Of a stretch of 64,000 nt of DNA, positions 36,779-49,437 are shown piece after piece. Position numbers and translations under genes: made by a program. This DNA comes from an uncultured delta proteobacterium (lineage in GTDB: Bacteria > Desulfobacterota > Desulfuromonadia > Geobacterales > DSM-12255), in assembly GCA_963787125.1 (NCBI GenBank), contig CAWBBV010000009.1, positions 32,001-96,000 of the forward strand. Direction: 5' to 3'. The notes beneath the pieces are model-generated. The model ran no database searches, was not told the DNA's origin, and saw nothing but the letters and a program-made list of their open reading frames with translations. Within the stretch, counting starts at the first letter, position 1. Each line of letters begins with the position of its first letter.

Positions 36779-37858
36779 TCAAGAGTCTACTGAAAGTGTA
36801 AACCATAGTCCGGCTCCTGCAAACAGTATATTTGCGGTCCAGGCAGCCAGAATCGGCTCAAGTGCTCCAGCCTGACCTAGTGAAAGGAGCAGGGCATTAA
36901 TTATGAAGTAGGAGAAACCTATGAGGATGCTGAAGCCAATGCCTAGCCCGATTCCACCGGAACGACCATCCCGGAGTGAAAAAGGAATCCCCAGAAAGGC
37001 CATTACCAGAGCAGCAAAAGGGAGCGATATCTTTGAGTGAAGCAGCGTCAGATAGCGTGTCGCGTCATAACCGTTTTCGCTGATCGTCTTACAATAGCGC
37101 CGCAGAGCAGTAAACCCCATCTCTTCAGCTGCCCTGGTAACAACTTTCAGGTCATCTGCGACAATGTCCAGCCTGACTAGAAGTGAATCGCTGGAAGTGC
37201 TGTTAATGGCACCTGTAGGCGAAAAGTTCGTTTTGGTAACTCCCGAGAGTAGCCAACCGCCTTGAACCGGAGTGCCACTGCCTGCATCAATCCTTGAGAC
37301 AGGCTTAAGGCCTTCGCCAACTTCCCAGATGGTTATCCCTTTGAGAGTAGAGGTCTCCGGGGTGAAAAACTTTGCCTGCAGGATAAGTTTTTCAGCTCGA
37401 AGCCAGATGTTTTCTTGCAGGAAAAAAGCTGATGGTCCCTTCTTCTTAACAACTACCTGCTCAATGTAACCCATTTTCTCGTTGGCTGCGGGGGTTATGA
37501 ACTCTTGCATTAAAACAAGAAACAGACTTGTGATCGCAGCAGTTGCCAGAATTGGTTTGCCTATCTGGAAAAGGCTGACACCACTGCTGCGCATGGCTGT
37601 TATTTCGCTGTTTTTTGCCAGAGTGCCGATAGCGAGGATTGTCCCCATGAGGACTGCCATCGGCGTAATCTGAAAGATTATCTCAGGTGTTTTGCAGAGA
37701 AAATAGAGGAGAATTGACGAATTAGGTGCTCCTGCCCGGCTGAATTTACTGTATCTCTCAAGAAAATCAACGACAAGGTAGATGGCAATGAAGGCTGCAA
37801 GGCAGGTAGCCGTTGCCGTAAGATAGGTTTTGATAAGGTAGCGGTTTAGTATCTTCAT
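36779..37858 (-). CDS. lptG: LPS export ABC transporter permease LptG
   Basis: ILNRYL, NSEITAMRSSGVS; paired with lptF. Confidence 0.9.
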   Translation of the reverse strand: MKILNRYLIKTYLTATATCLAAFIAIYLVVDFLERYSKFSRAGAPNSSILLYFLCKTPEIIFQITPMAVLMGTILAIGTLAKNSEITAMRSSGVSLFQIGKPILATAAITSLFLVLMQEFITPAANEKMGYIEQVVVKKKGPSAFFLQENIWLRAEKLILQAKFFTPETSTLKGITIWEVGEGLKPVSRIDAGSGTPVQGGWLLSGVTKTNFSPTGAINSTSSDSLLVRLDIVADDLKVVTRAAEEMGFTALRRYCKTISENGYDATRYLTLLHSKISLPFAALVMAFLGIPFSLRDGRSGGIGLGIGFSILIGFSYFIINALLLSLGQAGALEPILAAWTANILFAGAGLWFTLSVDS

Positions 37859-39015
37859 GCTGACTGCTTTTTCTTCAGGAGGTGCGAGGCAGCAGTGACT
37901 ATTCGGTCAAAAACGGCCACTCTTTCTTCTTTTGCCGATTTAACAAACATATAGATCCCGCCGATAAGAAAGATGAAGTTTGGTAGCCAGACAGCCATAA
38001 AAGGGGCGAGTAGCTCTTTTTCGCCAAGAGTTCTGCCGATCGATTGAAAAATGTAGAAAAGGAGCAGTGCCGCTATGCTGAAGGAAAAGCCGGCAGCCTT
38101 GCCGGAACGACGGTTCTGTATGCCGAGCGGTACTGCAACAATTGCAAAGATGAAGCAGGCAAAAGGCATGGCAAAGCGACGCTGTACTTCCAGTCTCATG
38201 TCGATCATCAGTTTTTTTGAAAAGCCGCTTTTTTGCAGATTTTGGCGGAGTTCGTTCAGCGACATATCGAGCTCATTTTTTTCAAAACTGGAAGCGGTTT
38301 TGGAAAGGTCGATTTCAAGAGAGTATTCATTGAAACTGAGGAGACGGTATACCTCATTTGGGCGTGACTGATGAATGCTACCGTTTGTTAGGTGAAGGTG
38401 AATTTTTTTGCTTTTCTCGTCCATGCCAAACATGCCGGTTTCCGCAAAGATTGTGGAGATATCCTTTAGGTTGCGTTCATCCTGGATCATGACTCCGGAG
38501 AGACTGCCGTTTTTGCCGCTGTTTTTAGCGACATAAACTAAAAGTCCGGGGAGATTAGTGTTAAAGACCTGCTCTTTCAAGTTCAGACTCAGTTTCCCCT
38601 GGATTGCCCGGTAGAGGAGTTCCTTGAAAGCGGTGTTGCCGGCGGGCAGGGCATATATGGCTGTCAGCGCTGTAAGCGTGTATGCGGTAAGAGAGATAAG
38701 CAGGATGGGGGGGAGTAGTCGGTAGAGGCTTATTCCGCTTGCCTTTATGGCGATAATTTCGCTGTCGCCTGAAAGTCTGCTGAAAGCCAGCAATACAGCG
38801 AGCAGCAGCGACATCGGAATAGTGATGACCGCAAAATTGGGGAGGAGGTAAACGATCATCAGCAAAATCTCGGAAATGGAGACGCCTTTGCTGACGACCA
38901 TATCGGCAAGTCTCAGCATCCGCCCCATAAGGAGGACTCCAGTAAAAACGACCAGGCCGAGAAAAAAAGCGGCTAGAACTTCTTTGGCTAGATAGCGATA
39001 AAGAGTTAAAAGCAT
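37855..39015 (-). CDS. lptF: LPS export ABC transporter permease LptF
   Basis: LYRYLAKE, RLSGDSEIIAIKASGIS. Confidence 0.9.
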   Translation of the reverse strand: MLLTLYRYLAKEVLAAFFLGLVVFTGVLLMGRMLRLADMVVSKGVSISEILLMIVYLLPNFAVITIPMSLLLAVLLAFSRLSGDSEIIAIKASGISLYRLLPPILLISLTAYTLTALTAIYALPAGNTAFKELLYRAIQGKLSLNLKEQVFNTNLPGLLVYVAKNSGKNGSLSGVMIQDERNLKDISTIFAETGMFGMDEKSKKIHLHLTNGSIHQSRPNEVYRLLSFNEYSLEIDLSKTASSFEKNELDMSLNELRQNLQKSGFSKKLMIDMRLEVQRRFAMPFACFIFAIVAVPLGIQNRRSGKAAGFSFSIAALLLFYIFQSIGRTLGEKELLAPFMAVWLPNFIFLIGGIYMFVKSAKEERVAVFDRIVTAASHLLKKKQSA

Positions 39016-39070
39016 AGGGTTGATAATACATCAAGGTAGGCCGGATGTAAACTGGCTGTTTCATTTTAGC

Positions 39071-39101
39071 TTGCCTCAAGCGGGGACTCGTGCTATATAA
39101 T
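39071..39101 (+). promoter_or_regulatory. Candidate sigma70 promoter for rpsB-tsf
   Basis: TTGCCT followed by TG-C-TATATAAT. Confidence 0.5.
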
Positions 39102-39208
39102 CACGTTACATTAATTTCACACGCATGCTGTCGACTGCGAAGGTGTCCTTAACAGGATTTCGTAGTTTTGGGGATGCGGCGGAAAAAACCGAGGGTAAGG
39201 AGTTAAAA

Positions 39209-39979
39209 ATGTCTAGTATTACTATGAAGGAACTTCTGGAGGCCGGCGTACATTTCGGTCATCAGACCAAACGCTGGAATCCGAAAATGAAGCCTTATAT
39301 CTTTGGAGCAAGAAACGGTATCTACATCATCGATCTCCAGAAAACAGTCCGTCTTTTCAAAAGCGCCTACAGCTTCGTGGTTGATGCTGCCGGTGCCGGC
39401 GAAACCTTCCTCTTTGTCGGGACAAAGAAACAGGGGCAGGATGCAGTTGCTGAAGAAGCGACTCGCTGCGGTATGTATTATGTCAACCAGCGCTGGCTGG
39501 GCGGGATGCTTACCAACTTTTCAACCGTAAAGCAGAGTATTGAACGCTTGAAAAAGTACGACAGTATGTTTGCTGACGGTACTATAGAGGCATACAAAAA
39601 GAAAGAGCGTCTCCAGTTTGACAAGGAGCGTGAAAAACTTGAGAAGGTTCTGGGCGGCATCAAGGGGATGGGCAAACTCCCGGGTGTTCTCTTTGTTGTT
39701 GATCCGCAGAATGAAGAGATTGCTGTTTCTGAGGCAAAAAAACTCGGCATTCCGGTTGTAGCTATTGTTGACACAAACTGTAATCCTGACCAGATTGACT
39801 ATATAATTCCGGGCAATGACGACGCTATTCGTGCTATTCGCCTGCTGACAGGCAAGATCGCTGATGCGATCATCGAAGGTCGTGATGCACGGGACCTTAA
39901 GCTGCAGAACTTTAACGAGGGTGGGGCGCTTGAAGAAGGCAATCCTGAAGATGCAGCTGCAGACGCGTCAGCCGAGTAG
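39209..39979 (+). CDS. rpsB: 30S ribosomal protein S2
   Basis: [22 protein letters not shown] after TAAGGAG. Confidence 0.98.
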   Translation: MSSITMKELLEAGVHFGHQTKRWNPKMKPYIFGARNGIYIIDLQKTVRLFKSAYSFVVDAAGAGETFLFVGTKKQGQDAVAEEATRCGMYYVNQRWLGGMLTNFSTVKQSIERLKKYDSMFADGTIEAYKKKERLQFDKEREKLEKVLGGIKGMGKLPGVLFVVDPQNEEIAVSEAKKLGIPVVAIVDTNCNPDQIDYIIPGNDDAIRAIRLLTGKIADAIIEGRDARDLKLQNFNEGGALEEGNPEDAAADASAE

Positions 39980-40028
39980 ATAACATCAACAATGTGCGGC
40001 GCTGCCGTACTGTTAATAGGGGGATAAT

Positions 40029-42258
<2,230 letters not shown>

Positions 42259-42377
42259 GACAGGAGTCTATCGGCAGGCTTTTTCCTTGCCACTTCAAAG
42301 TCAGTTGTGATTAAATGAGCTCCCCCGTCATCGCGGGGGATTTCTATTTCTACCTGCAGAATGGAGAGCCTCTAATA

Positions 42378-43142
42378 ATGGCTGGTGAAGCGATTCTTAA
42401 AGAAAATCTCCCCCGTCACCTGGCGATCATCATGGATGGTAACGGCAGGTGGGCGAAGGCGCGGATGCTCCCCCGGATTATGGGGCATCGCAAAGGGGTG
42501 GAGACTGTCAGGCTGACAGTTGAAGAGTGCTCAAGGATCGGTATTGGCTATCTGACGCTCTTCGCCTTTTCGGCTGAGAACTGGTCGCGCCCCAAGAGCG
42601 AAGTCCGTGCGTTGATGACCCTTCTTAAAAAGTATATCAAGATGGAAGTCCCCCGGATGATGCGGAACAATATCCGCTTCAATATCATCGGTAATCGCAC
42701 TGATCTGCCGGAAGATGTTGCTGTAGGCCTTGAAGCAGCCATGACTGCAACCGCAGCCAACAGCGGCATGACCCTGACACTAGCCCTGTCTTACGGTTCT
42801 CGTCAAGAACTTCTCCAGGCATCAAAGCGGATAGCTGCAGACATTGTCAGTGGAAAGCTGCTGCCCGATGAACTCACTGAAGCTTCCTTCCCGGATTATC
42901 TTTACACCGTCTCTCTGCCCGACCCGGATCTGCTCGTCAGAACCAGCGGTGAAATGCGAATCAGCAACTTTCTGCTTTGGCAGCTAGCTTACACTGAACT
43001 CTACTTTACCGACATCAACTGGCCTGATTTTAACAAGGGTGAGTTGTACAAGGCCCTGGCCGATTATCAGCAGCGTGAACGGCGCTTCGGTCTTACCAGC
43101 GATCAGCTTAAATGGGGGAAATCATTAAACAGCGGCTCATAA
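42378..43142 (+). CDS. uppS: Undecaprenyl diphosphate synthase (start uncertain)
   Basis: IIMDGNGRWA, FSAENWSRP, RTSGEMRISNFLLWQ. Confidence 0.97.
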   Translation: MAGEAILKENLPRHLAIIMDGNGRWAKARMLPRIMGHRKGVETVRLTVEECSRIGIGYLTLFAFSAENWSRPKSEVRALMTLLKKYIKMEVPRMMRNNIRFNIIGNRTDLPEDVAVGLEAAMTATAANSGMTLTLALSYGSRQELLQASKRIAADIVSGKLLPDELTEASFPDYLYTVSLPDPDLLVRTSGEMRISNFLLWQLAYTELYFTDINWPDFNKGELYKALADYQQRERRFGLTSDQLKWGKSLNSGS

Positions 43143-43930
43143 CCGCAGGGATTGCCCTGCCTCTCTTGTTACTCTTGATCGTCCAAGGGAGTTACCTCCT
43201 CTTTACCGCATTTATCGCCCTTGCCAGCTTCATTGGTCTGATGGAGTACTGCCGCATGACACTCCCGCACAGGACGGTGGCAGGCATTGTTGTCCCCCTG
43301 CTCGGTTCGCTGCTGCCGTTTAGCTTCTATATCCGCTCTGCCGCACTGACTGCTTTTGCAATAGCATTTCTTTTCCTCGTTTTTTCCATCTACACCCTTT
43401 TCACTTTCAAGGATATTGAGACAGCTGCTTCAGAGGCGGCACTCCTTTTTTTCGGGGTGGTCTATCTACCGTATCTGCTCGGCTATCTGGTGCTTTTAAG
43501 GAACCATCCCCTTGGAGTCAAATGGATTCTAGCCATCATTTTCATCGTCATGAGCGGTGACAGTGCCGCTTATTTTATCGGCACTCGTTATGGGAAAAAC
43601 AGACTCTATCCCGAGGTCAGCCCGAAAAAAAGTGTTGAAGGATCTCTTGGCGGACTTGCAGGGAGCCTGCTTGGCATCATGTTGGCAAAACTCTTTTTTT
43701 TCAGCGAGCTATCTGCTGTCGATGCTGTTCTTGTTGCCCTCTTATTAGGTGCTCTTGGCCAGATCGGCGATCTTTTTGAATCACTCTTGAAAAGGAGCTG
43801 CAGGGTCAAGGATTCAGGCACCATCTTTCCCGGTCATGGTGGCATACTCGATCGTCTCGACAGTATTATTTTCGCTGCTCCGGTGGCTTATTACTACGCC
43901 ATGTTCGTGGCCGGCAGACTCTTCACTTGA
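43112..43930 (+). CDS. cdsA: Phosphatidate cytidylyltransferase
   Basis: [27 protein letters not shown]. Confidence 0.97.
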   Translation: MGEIIKQRLITAGIALPLLLLLIVQGSYLLFTAFIALASFIGLMEYCRMTLPHRTVAGIVVPLLGSLLPFSFYIRSAALTAFAIAFLFLVFSIYTLFTFKDIETAASEAALLFFGVVYLPYLLGYLVLLRNHPLGVKWILAIIFIVMSGDSAAYFIGTRYGKNRLYPEVSPKKSVEGSLGGLAGSLLGIMLAKLFFFSELSAVDAVLVALLLGALGQIGDLFESLLKRSCRVKDSGTIFPGHGGILDRLDSIIFAAPVAYYYAMFVAGRLFT

Positions 43931-43938
43931 GCAGACAG

Positions 43939-45093
43939 ATGAAATCTCTCACAATTCTCGGTTCTACAGGTTCAATCGGTACCAACACCCTTGAAGTGGT
44001 GGCGGCGAATCCAGACAGGTTCAGGATCGAGGCATTGACTGCCGGAACAAACCTTGATCTTTTTGTCCGTCAGATAGAACGGTTCTCCCCCCGCCTGGCA
44101 GTCGTCCTTGACGAAACTCTTGCCATGAAACTCGCCGGGATGCTCCCTACCGGGAAACGTCCTGAAATAATGTACGGTGTCAAAGGCCTGGTAGCAGCAG
44201 CGACTATTTCCGAGGCTGAAATGGTTGTAGCCGCTATCGTCGGCGCCGCAGGGCTTGTGCCGACAGCCGCGGCAATTATGGCCGGCAAGGATGTCGCTCT
44301 TGCCAACAAGGAGACACTTGTAACAGCCGGCCATCTATTCATGGATCTGGTGAGAATCCATGGTGTCAGGCTCTTCCCTGTTGACAGCGAACATAGCGCC
44401 ATCTTTCAGTCGATTGAGGGGCACAGAAGCAGTGATATCCGGAGGATTATCCTGACCGCTTCCGGTGGTCCGTTCCTCAACACTCATCATGAGCGGCTCA
44501 AAAGCGTTACCGTCGCCGACGCTCTCAATCATCCCAACTGGAACATGGGGAAGAAGATCACCATCGACTCCGCCACCATGATGAACAAGGGGCTTGAGGT
44601 CATTGAAGCACGGTGGCTGTTTGATGCTCACCCTGAAAAGATTGAAGTGAACATTCATCCCCAGAGTATCATCCACTCCATGGTCGAATATCTTGACGGC
44701 TGCGTTATTGCCCAACTTGGCACACCGGATATGAAAGCTCCGATTGCTTACGCTCTTTCTTATCCGGAAAGAATTGCTACCGGGGTGAAACCGCTTGATT
44801 TGACCGAACTCTCCGGGTTGACTTTTTTCAAGCCTGACCTGGAACGCTTCCCGGCTCTCAGGCTTGCCTATCGTGCCCTTAATGACGGTGAAAGCATGCC
44901 GGCTGTCATGAACGCCGCCAATGAAGTGGCTGTTGATGCCTTTCTAAACGGCGCCATAGGATTTAATCAGATTCCGGCCTTGACTGAAAAGGTCATGGAT
45001 GCGCATCAACCGGTCAGACTTGGATCAATAGCCGATGTACTGGAAGCTGATCTCTGGAGTCGGAGTAAAATAAGGGAGTATCTTAAAGCATGA
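43939..45093 (+). CDS. dxr: 1-deoxy-D-xylulose-5-phosphate reductoisomerase
   Basis: [23 protein letters not shown]. Confidence 0.98.
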   Translation: MKSLTILGSTGSIGTNTLEVVAANPDRFRIEALTAGTNLDLFVRQIERFSPRLAVVLDETLAMKLAGMLPTGKRPEIMYGVKGLVAAATISEAEMVVAAIVGAAGLVPTAAAIMAGKDVALANKETLVTAGHLFMDLVRIHGVRLFPVDSEHSAIFQSIEGHRSSDIRRIILTASGGPFLNTHHERLKSVTVADALNHPNWNMGKKITIDSATMMNKGLEVIEARWLFDAHPEKIEVNIHPQSIIHSMVEYLDGCVIAQLGTPDMKAPIAYALSYPERIATGVKPLDLTELSGLTFFKPDLERFPALRLAYRALNDGESMPAVMNAANEVAVDAFLNGAIGFNQIPALTEKVMDAHQPVRLGSIADVLEADLWSRSKIREYLKA

Positions 45094-46157
45094 TATCCAT
45101 AGTCTCCGCAATAGTTGTTCTTGGCATTTTGATATTTGTTCATGAGCTCGGCCACTTCATCTTCGCAAAATTCTTTGGTGTTGGGGTGGAGAAATTCTCC
45201 CTCGGGTTCGGTCCGAAAATTATTGGTAAAACCTACGGCGAAACCGAGTACCTGCTCTCTGCCTTCCCGCTTGGCGGCTATGTAAAGATGATCGGTGAGA
45301 GTCCGGATGTCGAGTTGGCACCGGAAGATATCGAACGCTCCTTCAATGGGAAACCGCCTCTACAGCGGATAGTTATTGTTGCTGCCGGACCGGTTTTCAA
45401 TCTCATCTTTGCCGCGCTCCTCTTTATTACTGTCTACATGGTCGGGGTTCCGGCAGCAACCACCAGAATAGGTGAGGTAATTGCCGCTAAACCGGCTGCA
45501 GTTGCCGGTATACTGCCAAAAGATCTTGTCAGGTCGATAAACGGCAAAGTTGTCACAAGGTGGGATGAATTTTCCTCTGCCATCGCTGAATCAAAAGGGG
45601 TAACTCTCGATATTGTCGTTGAGCGTGCCGGCAAAACCTTATCGTTCAGAATTGTTCCCGAAACAAAAGATGGCAAAAACCTTTTCGGCGAGAAGATCTC
45701 CTACCCGGTTATCGGTGTAGTGGCAGCAGCAGAGATGGTTACCGACCGCTACTCTCCCGCACAAGCAGTTATAAAAGGGTGTCAGCAGGCCTGGAAAGTC
45801 ACCAAACTGACCCTTGTCTCCATTGGCAAAATGATTGAAAGAGTCGTCCCGATGGATTCCGTCGGTGGCCCGATCATGATTGCCAAAATGGCGGGAGAAC
45901 AGGCTTCTGCCGGCGGGGTAAACTTTCTTGCCTTCATGGCGCTCCTCTCCATAAATCTTGGCGTCCTGAACCTGCTCCCCGTCCCGATCCTTGACGGCGG
46001 CCATCTCTTCTTCTACTTGTGCGAATTCATCTTCAGAAAACCTGTCAGCATAAAGGTGCGGGAAGTCGCCCAGCAGGTCGGCCTGGTACTCCTGATAAGC
46101 TTGATGGTGCTCGCTTTTTACAACGACATCGTCAGATACCTGCTTAAACAGGGCTAG
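45090..46157 (+). CDS. rseP: RIP metalloprotease RseP
   Basis: HELGH, PDZ region, [11 protein letters not shown]. Confidence 0.97.
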   Translation: MISIVSAIVVLGILIFVHELGHFIFAKFFGVGVEKFSLGFGPKIIGKTYGETEYLLSAFPLGGYVKMIGESPDVELAPEDIERSFNGKPPLQRIVIVAAGPVFNLIFAALLFITVYMVGVPAATTRIGEVIAAKPAAVAGILPKDLVRSINGKVVTRWDEFSSAIAESKGVTLDIVVERAGKTLSFRIVPETKDGKNLFGEKISYPVIGVVAAAEMVTDRYSPAQAVIKGCQQAWKVTKLTLVSIGKMIERVVPMDSVGGPIMIAKMAGEQASAGGVNFLAFMALLSINLGVLNLLPVPILDGGHLFFYLCEFIFRKPVSIKVREVAQQVGLVLLISLMVLAFYNDIVRYLLKQG

Positions 46158-46163
46158 CCCTCA

Positions 46164-46845
46164 GTGAATATCCTTATTATCGACACCTCCACCAATGTCT
46201 TCAGCCTTGCTTTGACTGCTGATGGCAGTGTTCTGGCCGAACTGTGCGGCGATGCCGGACCCGCAACCTCAGCTAAAATTCCCGGGCAGATAGAGGCTGT
46301 TGCTGAAAACCGCGCAGGTCGCAATCGATGCGGTTGATGCTTTTGCCGTAACAGTCGGCCCGGGGGGCTTCACCGGGGTGCGCGTCGGCATTGCCCTTGC
46401 GAAGGGGCTGGCATACTCAACCAACAAGCCGATTATACCGCTCTCTTCCCTGGAACTGTTGGCACTGAATGCCAGTGACAGTCTTATCCCTGTCTGCCCG
46501 TTGTTTGATGCCAGAAAAAGTGAAGTCTACAGTGCGCTTTATAGTTTTAAAACCGGCATGAACCTGATCCGTCCCGAAATGGCGCTAGCCCCCGACCAGC
46601 TGCTTGATGAACTTGCCGGTCCGATCCTTTTTATCGGTGACGGCGCGCTCCGCTACCGTGAACTGATCATTGAGAAACTCGGCAGTCGCGCCCTCTTTGC
46701 CGCAGAACATCTCCATCATCCCAAAGCCTCTGCCGGAGCAGCGCTTGCCTTCAGCCGCTGCACAGCCGGTCAGACGCTCTCCCCCTTTGAGCTAACCCCC
46801 TCCTACCTACGCTTACCTGAAGCCCAACTTAATAAAAAATCGTAA
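46164..46845 (+). CDS. tsaB: tRNA threonylcarbamoylation subunit TsaB, with apparent +1 frameshift near 46296
   Basis: GTG 46164 gives MNILIIDTST...; GPGGFTGVRVG, DARKSEVY and PSYLR continue in a shifted frame (ORF 46300-46845). Confidence 0.88.
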
Positions 46846-47025
46846 CGATTGAATTGCAGGCACTCTTTACGCACGAGCAGTGATGGCACTTATCAACCGA
46901 CTATTTCCCAGGGTTATAGCAGACCTCTAACTTGGCTGCATTATTATTAAAATGTTTGCTAAGCCCGCATTCGCGTGGTAGAAAATAATTATCTTACTTT
47001 GTGAAGCGATTAACGACATAAAAAT

Positions 47026-48138
47026 ATGCAAACATATATCTGGCAACTAAATAACTGGCCTACTTTGACATGGGACGCGGACAGGCTTCTAACGCCTTTA
47101 GGTGAATGCCGTCTGCTACAGGGCAAGCTACTGAGTAAAATCGGCGGGCTTGGGATGCCACTGGATCATCAGGCTCAGGCCGAGATCCTGATTGAAGAGG
47201 CGATTAAGACTTCCGCCATCGAAGGGGAGTTGTTGGACGTGCGGTCAGTGCGTTCATCGGTTGCCCGTCGTCTTGGTCTCCCTTCTGCCGATCTGCCTGT
47301 AGACCGTAGGATTGACGACCTGGTATCAGTTTTATTGGATGCAACCCAGAGCTTTGATAAGCCGCTTACCGATGAGCGCTTATGGGGCTGGCAGGCTGCC
47401 TTGTTTCCGTCCGGCTATTCAGGCATGCATAAGATCAAGGTCGGCGGTTGGCGTGACAGCACGGAGCCGATGCGGGTGGTATCCGGTCCGATAGGCAGTG
47501 AGAAGATACACTTCGAGGCACCGCCTGCTGATAAGCTTGGATTTGAGATGAAGCGTTTTCTTTCATTGTGGTCGGATAGCTTTGGTAAATATGAAGGCAT
47601 TGTCCGTGCGGCTTTGGTTCACCTTTGGTTCGCGACCATACATCCTTTTGATGACGGCAATGGCCGTATAGCACGAGCTTTGACCGATATGGCCTTGGCT
47701 CAGGATGACAAGCAACGGGTTCGATATTACAGCCTGTCAACTCAGATCATGACGGAACGCGAAGGGTATTACGACGTTCTTGAGAAAACTCAGAAAGGCA
47801 CCGGGGATGTGACTGACTGGCTTGTCTGGTTCATGGGGTGCTTTGCCCGGGCAATCGAAAAGTCGGAAGACATAATGAACGGGGTCTTCTCCAAGTCGGA
47901 TTTTTGGAGGTTGCACGCCCAGGACCAGTTTACTGAGCGGCAGATGAAGGTGATTAACCGGCTGCTTGATGCAGGCATAGAAGGTTTTGCCGGTGGAATG
48001 ACTACGCAGAAATATGCCTCGATGACTCATACCAGCAGGGCAACGGCGTTTCGGGAACTGGATCAGTTGCTGGAGTTGGGGATATTGAAGAGGGTAGGGC
48101 AAGGGCGGTCAGCGAGGTATGAGCTGCTAGTTGAATGA
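47026..48138 (+). CDS. Fic family protein (DUF4172-type N-terminus, C-terminal wHTH)
   Basis: YIWQxxNWP N-terminus, inhibitory-type TSAIEG, catalytic HPFDDGNGRIAR. Confidence 0.92.
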   Translation: MQTYIWQLNNWPTLTWDADRLLTPLGECRLLQGKLLSKIGGLGMPLDHQAQAEILIEEAIKTSAIEGELLDVRSVRSSVARRLGLPSADLPVDRRIDDLVSVLLDATQSFDKPLTDERLWGWQAALFPSGYSGMHKIKVGGWRDSTEPMRVVSGPIGSEKIHFEAPPADKLGFEMKRFLSLWSDSFGKYEGIVRAALVHLWFATIHPFDDGNGRIARALTDMALAQDDKQRVRYYSLSTQIMTEREGYYDVLEKTQKGTGDVTDWLVWFMGCFARAIEKSEDIMNGVFSKSDFWRLHAQDQFTERQMKVINRLLDAGIEGFAGGMTTQKYASMTHTSRATAFRELDQLLELGILKRVGQGRSARYELLVE

Positions 48139-48199
48139 AATTGATGCAAATTTGATTGCTGTGGCTATTAAAAACAATTTATGGTAGGAAATTCAATAA

Positions 48200-48393
48200 A
48201 TGCGAAACCTTGCCGACATTACATTCCCCCCTGTTTTGGACACATCAAGTGGTGACATCATTCGGGATTTCTTCAATCCGGCGCTTGGTGCAGCGGTGCG
48301 CTATGATCGCGGCGTGGGCTTTTTCAGCGCGGCGTGGCTGCGGCTGGCGTCGCTGGGGATGCCAACAACTATATTGAACTTGAGGCAGCGTGA
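48200..48393 (+). pseudogene. N-terminal remnant (~54 codons) of an SF2 helicase/restriction-type protein
   Basis: DIIRDFFNPAL...YDRGVGFFS resembles the N-terminus of DEAD/DEAH restriction helicases; no helicase motifs follow. Confidence 0.6.
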
Positions 48394-48490
48394 GCGCTGC
48401 CGGATTTTGAAGCGTTGGAAAAATGGACGGGAGTTGAACTAACTGTATCCGAAATTTATGTCAGTAAAATAATTCCGGGGGGGAGACGTT

Positions 48491-49267
48491 ATGGCAGACA
48501 CTCAAGCGAGTTATGAAAAAGGGAAACTGTATCAGATACCATTGACCCAACTGATTCCCGATCCGGAACAGCCGCGCAAATTCTTCGACGAGCAAGCTCT
48601 GGCAGAGTTGCAAGCATCTATTGTCAGTCATGGGGTACTCCAGCCTATTCTGGTGCGTTCCGGTAATGAGGGTACGCTTTACATCGTTTCCGGCGAGCGA
48701 CGCTATCAGGCTGCTAAAAATGCCGGACTGGAAACCATCCCGGCCATAATTACCGACGGCGAACCGGCGGAGATTTCCATCATTGAAAATCTGCTGCGGG
48801 AGAATCTGACCGCCATCGAAGAGGCGGAGGCAATTGAGCGGCTGCGGGCGGTGCATGATTATGGGTTGGCGGAACTGGCGACCGCGCTGGGGAAGTCGGA
48901 TACTGCTATTTCGGCGATTCTTTCATTGAACCGGTTGCCAGCAGAAGTAAAGGATGACTGCCGTAATGACCCAAAAACAGCTCGGGGTATTCTGGTGGAA
49001 ATTGCCAAGCTGAAAACCCCTGAAAAGATGCTTGCGCTTTACACCAAGTATAAAGAGAGCGGCCTTACTCGTGGTGAGATCAGAAAGAAGACCACAACCA
49101 AGTCAGCCAAAAAGCAGCTGGCAGCGACAGATGTTGCTGCTTGGGCAGAGAGACTAAACACCATAGTTGTTGCAGAGATGACCGCCGAACAAAAGACCTC
49201 CTTGCTTTACGAAGTCGAAGTACTGCGAGGCGTGACCTATCAGGTGATTAAAATGCTCAAGGCGTAA
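48491..49267 (+). CDS. ParB/RepB/Spo0J family protein (orphan, no adjacent parA)
   Basis: PDPEQPRK, GVLQPI, SGERRYQA, IENLLRENL, HTH. Confidence 0.92.
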   Translation: MADTQASYEKGKLYQIPLTQLIPDPEQPRKFFDEQALAELQASIVSHGVLQPILVRSGNEGTLYIVSGERRYQAAKNAGLETIPAIITDGEPAEISIIENLLRENLTAIEEAEAIERLRAVHDYGLAELATALGKSDTAISAILSLNRLPAEVKDDCRNDPKTARGILVEIAKLKTPEKMLALYTKYKESGLTRGEIRKKTTTKSAKKQLAATDVAAWAERLNTIVVAEMTAEQKTSLLYEVEVLRGVTYQVIKMLKA

Positions 49268-49336
49268 TATCTCTGTCAGAAGTCATGAAAGTCAAAAATG
49301 GCAATACTAAGTATAATGATATCAGCGAGTTAATTC

Positions 49337-49356
49337 AATTCCCGCATGCGGGAATT
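49337..49356. promoter_or_regulatory. Perfect 20-bp palindrome, candidate parS-like/operator site
   Basis: AATTCCCGCA-TGCGGGAATT, ~70 bp after the parB stop. Confidence 0.5.
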
Positions 49357-49437
49357 TTGGGTGCCTTCAATATAATATGTGTATAAATTGTCTTTTTTTT
49401 GTAACTTCGGCATTCAACCTGTTGAATAAGGAGCAAT

